Source: Squalus acanthias (taxonomy: Eukaryota). Taken from it: a DNA stretch of 64,000 nt. The notes beneath the pieces were generated by a model. That model had not been told where the DNA came from and made no database searches. It saw only the letters and a list, made by a program, of their open reading frames with translations. The stretch is taken from assembly GCA_030390025.1 (NCBI GenBank), contig CM059432.1, positions 137,332,001 through 137,396,000 on the forward strand, read 5' to 3'. The stretch's first letter is position 1. Every line of letters begins with the position of its first letter. Shown here piece by piece: positions 49,786-62,600 of this stretch. The translations under genes were made by a program, and so were the position numbers.

Positions 49786-50044
49786 AGGCGAGTTGTGTGG
49801 TGCCAAACAGGCGTCCTGATTGCAACTTGCCTACCAATATCGGGCCACCACAGTCGGCAGAAAGGTAAGCGCGTACTGGCAGCACGATCGCAGGGAGGGA
49901 CCCTGGGTCGGCATGTCTCAACCAAGTCCCCAGTGGCCAGGATGCCCCCATCCATTTTGAGAACAGCAGGTGGCCATGAATCTTTGAAGTGGTTCATCCC
50001 GATTTCCCACCATAACTTCAGCAGGAATTGCTGTTTTTTTTTTA

Positions 50045-50680
50045 AACAGCACAGAAGGAGACCATTCGGCCCATCGTGCCTGTGCCGGCTCTTTGAAAGA
50101 GCTCGCCAATTTAGTCCCACTCCCCTGCTTTATCCCCATAACCCTGCAAATTAGTCCTCTTCAAGTCCATGTCCAATTGCCTTTTGAAAGTTCCTGTGGA
50201 ATCTGATTCCACCACTCTTTCAGGTAGTGCATTCCAAATCTTAACAAACCTCTGTGTGAAGAAATTTCTCTTCATTCCCCCTCTAGTTCTTTTGCCAATT
50301 ATTTTAAATATATGACCTGTGGTTACCGACCCACTTGCCAGAGGAAACAATCTCTGTCGACTTGCTCTATCAAAACCCCTCATAATTTTGAATATCTCTA
50401 TTAGGTCTCCCCATAATCTTCTCTGCTCTAAGGAAAACAATTCCAGCTTCTCCAATTTCTCCACATAACTGAAGTCCCTTATCCCTGGTATCATCCTAGT
50501 AAATCTCCTCTGCACCCTCTCCAAGGCCTTGACAGCCTTCCTAAAGTGTGGTGCCCAGAATTCTACACAATACTCCAGCTGAGATCTAACCAAAGATTGG
50601 TAAAAGTTTAGCATGACTTCCTTATTTTTGTGTTCAATGCCCCTATTTACAAAGCCAAATATCCCATACGCTTTTCTAAC
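50045..50680 (-). mobile_element. CR1 3' fragment (mirrored at about 62048-62683, +)
   Basis: ORF 50111-50710 / 62018-62617 is the RT C-terminus. Confidence 0.9.
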
Positions 50681-51780
50681 CATTTCTCCTGCGGTTCCAC
50701 TGAACTCCACTGAAGCTATGGCCGAGAAATGGGGAGAACACCTATGGGAATTCAGGGCTGTTCTCTATAAACCCACACCCCAAGGGCAGGTGGTGGGAGG
50801 CTGGTGGAAAGAGAGGTAGCTGGTTTTATTGACAGCTGTACTGGAAAATCACCAAATGGGCATGAAGTCAGCATTGCAGCCCCTCTCTGTGGCTGAAGAG
50901 ACAGAGAAAAGGACAAAGGGACACACGGGGCAGTCAGCTTTTAAACAAGAGACCGCAACGATTAAGCCTGGGGCCGAGAGCTGGAAGCTGAAATGCAGGA
51001 GTTCAGTTTTCTGCAGTTAGAAGATGTCTAGAAATGAAAGGTAATTCCAAAAAGAAATGTCAACCTATGAACCGGTCAAGGTGTGTGGTTTATTATTTTT
51101 CGAAGAGGCAACTGAGATTGAAGTCGGCGAAATTCGCTTTGACTGTTACTCTGTGCATTCACTTGCTTGATACAAAATAGTTTGCCTTTGTAAAGACAAC
51201 ACAAGTGCATGTGAGGGAATGTATGAAACAACAACAAATACAACTTGCATTTATATAGCACCTTTAACATAGTAAAACGTCCAGAGGCGCTTCACAGGAG
51301 CGTAAATCAGACAAAATTTGACACCGAGCCACAAAGACACAATGGGCCAGATTTTGCTGGAGTGGGGCATCTCGGGCATGCCCCGTTAGTTAGACTTGTC
51401 CGTGCACATATAAGTTTTTAAATCTTTTGCCCGCAAAGTTGCTGGAAGTGCGAGCTGATGACAGCGCGGCGAGGGCAACGGAGCATCTGGGACCTTGGTG
51501 AATGACGGGACCAACAGTCTATCTCCTTAACCAATGAGATTAAAGGATCGAGAAAGAAACAGAGGACTGAGAATGAGGGTGAATTAGAGAGGGCGAATTC
51601 AATGACAAATCAGGTACAGAAAGAGAAATAAAGAGAGAGAAAGAAAGACTGGATTAAGAGAGAGAGAAAAAGAGACAGAATGGAGAAGTAAGAAAAAATA
51701 TATAAAAATTTAAAATTTGACATTTTTAAAATCTCCAACAATAATTTACAACCTGAAGAAATGAGACTCCACACATTTAA

Positions 51781-52017
51781 AATCTTTTTATTCAAATACA
51801 ATAATACTTATACAACTCATCAATTACATAGTAAATCCATTACATAGTAAATCCATTATATTCATCCATCACAGTAAAAAATAAAGCCTTAAAAACAGCC
51901 TTATAGTTAATATAAATGCAATGATTAATTTTACAAATAATCAATAATGTTTACAGTACAAATACCCTTAAACAATACCACACAACTTTTTAGATTTAAA
52001 ATAATAAATCTCAAAGT
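51781..52017 (-). mobile_element. AT-rich retroposed 3'-end insertion with 13-bp TSD
   Basis: TSD tccacacatttaa (51768-51780 / 52018-52030). AATAAA lies at the minus-strand 3' end. Confidence 0.7.
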
Positions 52018-52073
52018 TCCACACATTTAACTGTTCATTTTCTGGGCCAGAGAGGTTGATTGGCAGTCATTAG

Positions 52074-54081
52074 TATCCGACTAAAAACAAGGGCATATAA
52101 AGTAGCCAAATCTAGTGGGAGGATAGAAGATTGGGAAGCATTTAAAAACCAGCAAAGAATAACTAAAAGATTAATTAAGAAAGGGAAGATAGATTATGAA
52201 AGTAAACTAGCAAAAAATATAAAAACAGATAGCAAGAGTTTCTACAGTTATATAAAAAGAAAAAGGGTGGCTAAAGTGAATGTTGGTCCCTTAGAGGACG
52301 AGACCAGGAAATTAGTAGTGGGGAACATGGAGATGGCAAATACGCTGAACAAATATTTTGTATCAGTCTTTACAGTAGAGGACACTAAAAATATCCCAAC
52401 ACTGGACAAACAAGGGGCTATAGGGGGGGAGGAGCTAAACACGATTAAAATCACTAAGGAGATGGTACTCGGTAAGATAATGGGACTTAAGGCGGATAAA
52501 TCCCCTGGACCTGATGGCTTACATCCTAGGGTCTTGAGAGAAGTTGCAGTAGGGATTGCGGATGCATTGGTGGTAATTTTCCAAAACTCCCTGGATTCAG
52601 GAAAGGTCCCAGCAGATTGGAAAACTGCTAATGTAACACCCTTATTTAAAAAGGGAGGTAGACAAAAGGCTGGAAACTATAGACCAGTTAGCCTAACATC
52701 TGTGGTTGGTAAAATGTTGGAGTCCATTATTAAGGAAGCAGTAACAGGACATTTGGATAAGCATAACTTAATCGGACAGAGTCAGCATGGTTTTATGAAG
52801 GGGAAATCATGCTTGACAAATTTGCTCGAATTCTTTGAGGACGTAACAAACAAGGTGGATAAAGGGGAATCAGTGGATGTGGTGTATTTGGACTTCCAAA
52901 AGGCATTTGACAAGGTACCACACAAAAGATTACTGCACAAGATTAAAAAATCACAGGATTGGGGGTAATATACTGGCATGGGTGGAAGATTGGCTATCTA
53001 ACAGAAAACAGAGAGTTGGGATAAATGGTTCATTCTCGGGTTGGCAATCAGTAACTAGTGGTGTTCCGCAGGGGTCAGTGCTGGGACCCCAACTCTTTAC
53101 AATCTATATTAACGATTTGGAGGAGGGGACCAAGTGCAACGTATCCAAGTTTGCAGACGATACAAAGATGGGAGGAAAAGCAGTGAGTGAGGAGGACATA
53201 AAAAACCTGCAAAAGGACATAGACAGGCTAAGTGAGTGGGCAGAAATTTGGCAGATGGAATATAATGTTGGAAAGTGTGAGGTTATGCACTTTGGCAGAA
53301 AAAATCAAAGAGCAAGTTATTATCTAAATGGAAAGAAACTGCAAAGTGCTACAGTACAAAGGGATCTGGGGGTCCTGGTGCATGAAACACAGAAGGTTAG
53401 TATGCAGGTACAGCAGGTGATCAGGAAGGCCAATGGAATCTTGGCTTTTATTGCAAGGGAGATGGAGTATAAAAGCAGGGAAGTCTTGCTTCAGCTATAC
53501 AGGGTACTGGTGAGGCCACACCTGGAATACTGCGTACAGTTTTGGTTTCCATATTTAAGAAAAGATATACTTGCTCTAGAGGCAGTTCAGAGAAGGTTCA
53601 CTCGGTTGATTCCGGAGATGAGGGGGTTGACTTATGAGGAAAGGTTAAGTAGGTTGGGCCTCTACTCATTGGAATACAGAAGAATGAGAGGCGATCTTAT
53701 CGAAACATATAAGATTGTGAGAGGGCTTGATCGGGTGGATGCGGGGAGGATGTTTCCCCTGATGGGTGAGACTAGAACTAGGGGGCATAATCTTAGAATA
53801 AGGGGCTGCCGTTTCAAAACTGAGATGAGGAGAAACTTCTTCACTCAGAGGGTAGTAAATCTATGGAATTTGCTACCTCAGAGAGCTGTGGAAGCTCCGA
53901 CATTAAATAAATTTAAAACGGAGATGGACAGTTTCCTAGCTGATAAGGGAATTAAGGGTTATGGGGGGCGGGCAGGGAAGTGGACGTGAGTCTAGGTTCG
54001 GATCAGCCATGATCCTATTGAATGGCGGAGCAGGCCCAAAGGGTCGTATGGCCTACTCCTGCTTCTACTTCTTATGTTCTT
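52074..54081 (+). mobile_element. Young CR1 LINE, 5'-truncated ORF2 (RT) with one frameshift
   Basis: ORFs 52060-52968 and 52877-53989 contain KSPGPDG, QHGF, DFQKAFDKVPH, SGVPQGSVLGP and KFADDTK, followed by a (ttcttatg) tail. Confidence 0.95.
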
Positions 54082-55469
54082 AACAATTATCACGTCGTTA
54101 AAAGGGTACTTATGCTGATAATTACCAGCCCTAACTCGCTGAGTTTAATGGGCAATTAATATGCAAAGCAACAACTACATGAAACTCACGGGGAGGTTGA
54201 GGGCGAGCTGCCGTTTTCGCGAAGCTAACGGCAGAGCAACGCAAATCGTTCAGCAACATGTGGCAGTTCACGATTCACGGGGTATCTCTTCCTTGCCACA
54301 AGTTGCTGGCCGATTTGCGCATTAATAACAGCATTTGTCGTTCACACACTGTTATATTTTCAGCATAATCTGAGCCATAATCTAGTCCAGATAACAAATG
54401 TTACACTCCTGGGTTACACTGTTGTATAGTTAGATATTGGGCTGTGCAGGTACACTCCTGAATGAAGACGGTTATGAGAATGATCAGTATCACTGTAACT
54501 CAGAAAATATCTAAGGCAGAACCAATTCTTGTAACAGCCCTTATGTGCCTTTTTTAATGTATTCTCATCGAGAAGGAAATAACTTATCATAATGAGAAAT
54601 AAGTCCTCTCCAGTGGGATTATGGGTACAATAAAACTGTGTTTTAAAAATTATATTTAAAAAAGGCAAATTGGTACTTTAAAATGACAAACCTGGATAAA
54701 CATTAAGTTTTACTCTTGGTCTAAGTTCTAATCCATAATTTCTAAAACTGGGAGTCCAACATTCCTTTCACAAGTCTCACAAAGGAATGTTTTATGTGTT
54801 TAGAGGCACTACAGATCTACTGAATCACATTAATGATGATGAAGGAACAATTAAACTCTCCTGTCACAATGCAAGGACATGCTTCGCTGATATCAGTAAA
54901 ATAGTCCCTGTTGTGCATGTGATGGCGCATTGTTCCTGCCTCTTTCACTGCAAATCAGTCGGCTCAAGATTTAGAACTGTGACTCTTGGACCTTTGCAGA
55001 AGGAGTGGTTGAGGAGAATAGCAGAGATGCATTTAAGGGGAAGCTGGATAGGTACGTGGAGGGAGAGAGGAATAGAAGGATATGCTGATAGGGTGAGATG
55101 AAGTAAATAGAGTGGGAGGAGGCTTGTGTGGACCAGTTGGGCTGAATGGCCTGTTTCCGTGCTGTAAAATCTATGTAATTCTAGGCTATATCACAACTCC
55201 TTCAAGTTAGTTACAGTACAATTCTTTAGGTTTTTTTTCCCCAAATATTCAGTACAGCAACACAAGGATGTTGAGGTATTTCAGATTGCGGTCACACAAA
55301 TGCAAAATAGCTAGAAACATAAGGTACAGACGGTAAAGGCATGTTGAAGAATACAGCACCTGCAAGTGAGAATGAGTTTCAGACATGTATTCAAAGCAGA
55401 TCATTCACTTTGCAGATCCAGCTTGAAAAAAAAAGTGCTGGTGACGTTAGATCCAGTAATTTAAGTTTA

Positions 55470-56043
55470 TACAGAATTTGCACAGAATCTATAGCACGGA
55501 AACAGGCCGTTCAGCCCAACTGGTCCATTCTGGCGTTTATGCTCCACATGAGCCGCCTCCCACCCCTCTTCATCTAACCCTATCAGTATAACCCTCTATT
55601 CCATTCCTCATGTGCTTATCTAGCTTCCCCTTAAATGCATCGATGCTATTCGCCTCAACTACTCCTTGTGGTAGCGAGTTCCACACTCTCACCACACTCT
55701 AGGTAAAGAAGTTTCTCCTGAATTCCCGATTGGATTTATTAGTGACTGTCTTATATTTATGGTCCCTAGTTTTGGTCTCTCCCACAAGTGGAAACATCTT
55801 CTCTACATCTACCCCATCAAACCTTTCATAATCTTAGACCTCTATGAGGACACCCCTCAGTCTTTTTTGTCTCTTGAGAAAAGAACCCCAGCCTGTTCAG
55901 TTTTTCCTGATATGTAAATCCTTTCAGTTCTGGTATCATCCTTTTATAAGTCTCAATGCATTTGCCCTAATGTCGCTGAAATATTCATGTTAGGTCTTAC
56001 TTCCCAGCATCTTATTAACACTCCTTCCTCATTTCCCTGCCGA
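55470..56043 (-). mobile_element. Older CR1 3' fragment forming the innermost part of the palindrome arm
   Basis: CR1 tail cagcacggaaacaggccgttcagcccaac and degenerate RT C-terminus. Confidence 0.75.
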
Positions 56044-56683
56044 TATAAATTCAGAAATTCTAAACAGCAGTCAGCATCTACAAAGAGAAAACACAGGTTA
56101 TGATGTTGCGGGCTTGTATCCTTTATGAGTTGTAATGAAGGGGAGGTTACATGCCTGAATGTTAATAACCTGGTCTTCTTTTCTTTATAGGTGCTGTTTG
56201 ACCTGCTGTGTATTGACAACATTTTCTGGTTTTATCCAAGTATTTGCGTTTTTTATTTTTATTTTACTAGTCAGGGATTACTAGTTCCCGAAAGATTGTT
56301 ATACTGATAATTGACGTGGAACTGTTTCTCCGAACTAAAATCAAACATTGATTGCAGGTGTTAGAAAATGTATCTGGCTTTCATTACAAATTAAAAGTGA
56401 GGTGCTCAAGACAAACGGAGCTCAAGATAGCCTTGGTCCAGAAGAGTATTTTGGCTGCTAATAGGTCCCGTCTGCTCTCTCTGGTGGACATAAAAGATCC
56501 CCTGGCATTATTTCGAAGAAGAGCAGGGGAGTTCTCCCCGGTGTCCTGGCCAATATTTATCCCTCAACCAACATCACTAAAAAACGGATTATCGGGTCAT
56601 TATCACATTGCTGTTTGCGGGACCTTGCTGTGCGCAAATTGGCTGCCACTTTTCCTACATTACAACATTGACTACACAGCAGG
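56044..56683. other. 640-bp spacer of the palindrome (old Penelope-like remnant plus a truncated Deu-SINE at 56465-56677)
   Basis: Arm pairing stops at a56043/t56684. The SINE ends abruptly at ...gactacac. Confidence 0.9.
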
Positions 56684-59600
56684 TCGGCAGGGAAATGAGG
56701 AAGGAGTGTTAATAAGATGCTGGGAAGTAAGACCTAACATGAATATTTCAGCGACATTAGGGCAAATGCATTGAGACTTATAAAAGGATGATACCAGAAC
56801 TGAAAGGATTTACATATCAGGAAAAACTGAACAGGCTGGGGTTCTTTTCTCAAGAGACAAAAAAGACTGAGGGGTGTCCTCATAGAGGTCTAAGATTATG
56901 AAAGGTTTGATGGGGTAGATGTAGAGAAGATGTTTCCACTTGTGGGAGAGACCAAAACTAGGGACCATAAATATAAGACAGTCACTAATAAATCCAATCG
57001 GGAATTCAGGAGAAACTTCTTTACCTAGAGTGTGGTGAGAGTGTGGAACTCGCTACCACAAGGAGTAGTTGAGGCGAATAGCATCGATGCATTTAAGGGG
57101 AAGCTAGATAAGCACATGAGGAATGGAATAGAGGGTTATACTGATAGGGTTAGATGAAGAGGGGTGGGAGGCGGCTCATGTGGAGCATAAACGCCAGAAT
57201 GGACCAGTTGGGCTGAACGGCCTGTTTCCGTGCTATAGATTCTGTGCAAATTCTGTATAAACTTAAATTACTGGATCTAACGTCACCAGCACTTTTTTTT
57301 TCAAGCTGGATCTGCAAAGTGAATGATCTGCTTTGAATACATGTCTGAAACTCATTCTCACTTGCAGGTGCTGTATTCTTCAACATGCCTTTACCGTCTG
57401 TACCTTATGTTTCTAGCTATTTTGCATTTGTGTGACCGCAATCTGAAAAACATCCTTGTGTTGCTGTACTGAATATTTGGGGAAAAAAACCCTAAAGAAT
57501 TGTACTGTAACTAACTTGAAGGAGTTGTGATATAGTCTAGAATTACATAGATTTTACAGCACGGAAACAGGCCATTCAGCCCAACTGGTCCACACAAGCC
57601 TCCTCCCACTCTATTTACTTCATCTCACCCTATCAGCATATCCTTCTATTCCTCTCTCCCTCCACGTACCTATCCAGCTTCCCCTTAAATGCATCTCTGC
57701 TATTCTCCTCAACCACTCCTTCTGCAAAGGTCCAAGAGTCACAGTTCTAAATCTTGAGCTGACTGATTTGCAGTGAAAGAGGCAGGAACAATGCGCCATC
57801 ACATGCACAACAGGGACTATTTTACTGATATCAGCGAAGCATGTCCTTGCATTGTGACAGGAGAGTTTAATTGTTCCTTCATCATCATTAATGTGATTCA
57901 GTAGATCTGTAGTGCCTCTAAACACATAAAACATTCCTTTGTGAGACTTGTGAAAGGAATGTTGGACTCCAGTTTTAGAAATTATGGATTAGAACTTAGA
58001 CCAAGAGTAAAACTTAATGTTTATCCAGGTTTGTCATTTTAAAGTACCAATTTGCCTTTTTTAAATATAATTTTTAAAACACAGTTTTATTGTACCCATA
58101 ATCCCACTGGAGAGGACTTATTTCTCATTATGATAAGTTATTTTCTTCTCGATGAGAATACATTTAAAAAGGCACATAAGGGCTGTTACAAGAATTGGGT
58201 CTGCCTTAGATATTTTCTGAGTTACAGTGATACTGATCATTCTCATAACCGTCTTCATTCAGGAGTGTACCTGCACAGCCCAATATCTAACTATACAACA
58301 GTGTAACCCAGGAGTGTAACATTTGTTATCTGGACTAGATTATGGCTCAGATTATGCTGAAAATATAACAGTGTGTGAACGACAAATGCTGTTATTAATG
58401 CGCAAATCGGCCAGCAACTTGTGGCAAGGAAGAGATACCCCGTGAATCGTGAACTGCCGCATGTTGCTGAACGATTTGCGTTGCTCTGCCGTTAGCTTCG
58501 CGAAAACGGCAGCTCGCCCTCAACCTCCCCGTGAGTTTCATGTAGTTGCTGCTTTGCGTATTAATTGCCCATTAAACTCAGCGAGTTAGGGCTGGTAATT
58601 ATCAGCATAAGTACCCTTTTAACGACGTGATAATTGTTAAGAACATAAGAACATAAGAAGTAGGAGCAGGAGTAGGCCATACGACCCTTCGGGCCTGCTC
58701 CGCCATTCAATAGGATCATGGCTGATCCGAACCTAGACTCACGTCCACTTCCCTGCCCGCTCCCCATAACCCTTAATTCCCTTATCAGCTAGGAAACTGT
58801 CTATCTCCGTTTTAAATTTATTTAATGTCGGAGCTTCCACAGCTCTCTGAGGTAGCAAATTCCATAGATTTACTACCCTCTGAGTGAAGAAGTTTCTCCT
58901 CATCTCAGTTTTGAAACGGCAGCCCCTTATTCTAAGATTATGCCCCCTAGTTCTAGTCTCACCCATCAGGGGAAACATCCTCCCCGCATCCACCCGATCA
59001 AGCCCTCTCACAATCTTATATGTTTCGATAAGATCGCCTCTCATTCTTCTGTATTCCAATGAGTAGAGGCCCAACCTACTTAACCTTTCCTCATAAGTCA
59101 ACCCCCTCATCTCCGGAATCAACCGAGTGAACCTTCTCTGAACTGCCTCTAGAGCAAGTATATCTTTTCTTAAATATGGAAACCAAAACTGTACGCAGTA
59201 TTCCAGGTGTGGCCTCACCAGTACCCTGTATAGCTGAAGCAAGACTTCCCTGCTTTTATACTCCATCTCCCTTGCAATAAAAGCCAAGATTCCATTGGCC
59301 TTCCTGATCACCTGCTGTACCTGCATACTAACCTTCTGTGTTTCATGCACCAGGACCCCCAGATCCCTTTGTACTGTAGCACTTTGCAGTTTCTTTCCAT
59401 TTAGATAATAACTTGCTCTTTGATTTTTTCTGCCAAAGTGCATAACCTCACACTTTCCAACATTATATTCCATCTGCCAAATTTCTGCCCACTCACTTAG
59501 CCTGTCTATGTCCTTTTGCAGGTTTTTTATGTCCTCCTCACTCACTGCTTTTCCTCCCATCTTTGTATCGTCTGCAAACTTGGATACGTTGCACTTGGTC

Positions 59601-62600
59601 CCCTCCTCCAAATCGTTAATATAGATTGTAAAGAGTTGGGGTCCCAGCACTGACCCCTGCGGAACACCACTAGTTACTGATTGCCATCCCGAGAATGAAC
59701 CATTTATCCCAACTCTCTGTTTTCTGTTAGATAGACAATCTTCCACCCATGCCAGTATATTACCCCCAATCCTGTGATTTTTTAATCTTGTGCAGTAATC
59801 TTTTGTGTGGTACCTTGTCAAATGCCTTTTGGAAGTCCAAATACACCACATCCACTGATTCCCCTTTATCCACCTTGTTTGTTACGTCCTCAAAGAATTC
59901 GAGCAAATTTGTCAAGCATGATTTCCCCTTCATAAAACCATGCTGACTCTGTCCGATTAAGTTATGCTTATCCAAATGTCCTGTTACTGCTTCCTTAATA
60001 ATGGACTCCAACATTTTACCAACCACAGATGTTAGGCTAACTGGTCTATAGTTTCCAGCCTTTTGTCTACCTCCCTTTTTAAATAAGGGTGTTACATTAG
60101 CAGTTTTCCAATCTGCTGGGACCTTTCCTGAATCCAGGGAGTTTTGGAAAATTACCACCAATGCATCCGCAATCCCTACTGCAACTTCTCTCAAGACCCT
60201 AGGATGTAAGCCATCAGGTCCAGGGGATTTATCCGCCTTAAGTCCCATTATCTTACCGAGTACCATCTCCTTAGTGATTTTAATCGTGTTTAGCTCCTCC
60301 CCCCCCTATAGCCCCTTGTTTGTCCAGTGTTGGGATATTTTTAGTGTCCTCTACTGTAAAGACTGATACAAAATATTTGTTCAGCGTATTTGCCATCTCC
60401 ATGTTCCCCACTACTAATTTCCTGGTCTCGTCCTCTAAGGGACCAACATTCACTTTAGCCACCCTTTTTCTTTTTATATAACTGTAGAAACTCTTGCTAT
60501 CTGTTTTTATATTTTTTGCTAGTTTACTTTCATAATCTATCTTCCCTTTCTTAATTAATCTTTTAGTTATTCTTTGCTGGTTTTTAAATGCTTCCCAATC
60601 TTCTATCCTCCCACTAGATTTGGCTACTTTATATGCCCTTGTTTTTAGTCGGATACTAATGACTGCCAATCAACCTCTCTGGCCCAGAAAATGAACAGTT
60701 AAATGTGTGGAACTTTGAGATTTATTATTTTAAATCTAAAAAGTTGTGTGGTATTGTTTAAGGGTATTTGTACTGTAAACATTATTGATTATTTGTAAAA
60801 TTAATCATTGCATTTATATTAACTATAAGGCTGTTTTTAAGGCTTTATTTTTTACTGTGACGGATGAATATAATGGATTTACTATGTAATGGATTTACTA
60901 TGTAATTGATGAGTTGTATAAGTATTATTGTATTTGAATAAAAAGATTTTAAATGTGTGGAGTCTCATTTCTTCAGGTTGTAAATTGTTGTTGGAGATTT
61001 TAAAAATGTCAAATTTTTAATTTTTATATATTTTTTCTTACTTCTCCATTCTGTCTCTTTTTCTCTCTCTCTTAATCCAGTCTTTCTTTCCCTCTCTTTA
61101 TTTCTCTTTCTGTACCTGATTTGTCATTGAATTCGCCCTCTCTAATTCACCCTCATTCTCAGTCCTCTGTTTCTTTCTCGATCCTTTAATCTCATTGGTT
61201 AAGGAGATAGACTGTTGGTCCCGTCATTCACCAAGGTCCCAGATGCTCCGTTGCCCTCGCCGCGCTGTCATCAGCTCGCACTTCCAGCAACTTTGCGGGC
61301 AAAAGATTAAAAACTTATATGTGCACGGACAAGTCTAACTAACGGGGCATGCCCGAGATGCCCCACTCCAGCAAAATCTGGCCCATTGTGTCTTTGTGGC
61401 TCGGTGTCAAATTTTGTCTGATTTACGCTCCTGTGAAGCGCCTCTGGACGTTTTACTATGTTAAAGGTGCTATATAAATGCAAGTTGTATTTGTTGTTGT
61501 TTCATACATTCCCTCACATGCACTTGTGTTGTCTTTACAAAGGCAAACTATTTTGTATCAAGCAAGTGAATGCACAGAGTAACAGTCAAAGCGAATTTCG
61601 CCGACTTCAATCTCAGTTGCCTCTTCGAAAAATAATAAACCACACACCTTGACCGGTTCATAGGTTGACATTTCTTTTTGGAATTACCTTTCATTTCTAG
61701 ACATCTTCTAACTGCAGAAAACTGAACTCCTGCATTTCAGCTTCCAGCTCTCGGCCCCAGGCTTAATCGTTGCGGTCTCTTGTTTAAAAGCTGACTGCCC
61801 CGTGTGTCCCTTTGTCCTTTTCTCTGTCTCTTCAGCCACAGAGAGGGGCTGCAATGCTGACTTCATGCCCATTTGGTGATTTTCCAGTACAGCTGTCAAT
61901 AAAACCAGCTACCTCTCTTTCCACCAGCCTCCCACCACCTGCCCTTGGGATGTGGGTTTATAGAGAACAGCCCTGAATTCCCATAGGTGTTCTCCCCATT
62001 TCTCGGCCATAGCTTCAGTGGAGTTCAGTGGAACCGCAGGAGAAACGGTTAGAAAAGCGTATGGGATATTTGGCTTTGTAAATAGGGGCATTGAACACAA
62101 AAATAAGGAAGTCATGCTAAACTTTTACCAATCTTTGGTTAGATCTCAGCTGGAGTATTGTGTAGAATTCTGGGCACCACACTTTAGGAAGGATGTCAAG
62201 GCCTTGGAGAGGGTGCAGAGGAGATTTACTAGGATGATACCAGGGATAAGGGACTTCAGTTATGTGGAGAAATTGGAGAAGCTGGAATTGTTTTCCTTAG
62301 AGCAGAGAAGATTATGGGGAGACCTAATAGAGATATTCAAAATTATGAGGGGTTTTGATAGAGCAAGTCGACAGAGATTGTTTCCTCTGGCAAGTGGGTC
62401 GGTAACCACAGGTCATATATTTAAAATAATTGGCAAAAGAACTAGAGGGGGAATGAAGAGAAATTTCTTCACACAGAGGTTTGTTAAGATCTGGAACGCA
62501 CTACCTGAAAGAGTGGTGGAATCAGATTCCACAGGAACTTTCAAAAGGCAATTGGACATGGACTTGAAGAGGACTAATTTGCAGGGTTATGGGGATAAAG

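Larger units (their letters stand above)
51344..54376. mobile_element. Harbinger-like MITE expanded by two nested retro-insertions (mirrored at about 58343-61384)
   Basis: TIR gggccagattttgctg / cagcataatctgagcc. The body is homologous to 18492-19177. Confidence 0.7.
46841..56043 (+). repeat. Left arm of large inverted duplication (visible part; may extend further left)
   Basis: Its reverse complement matches 56684-64000, except for 47365-49249, which is missing from the right arm. The ORF track shows mirrored ORF pairs. Confidence 0.97.

Noticed and set aside
52060..53989. Long RT ORFs as an active or domesticated reverse transcriptase gene
   Set aside because: 5'-truncated CR1 lacking the endonuclease and ORF1, and frameshifted. 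The second copy is only the palindrome mirror.
56352..56774. 140-aa ORF crossing the palindrome junction (and 55953-56222 sharing its C-terminus)
   Set aside because: Non-ATG start, built from SINE and CR1 pieces. The shared end is a consequence of the inversion.
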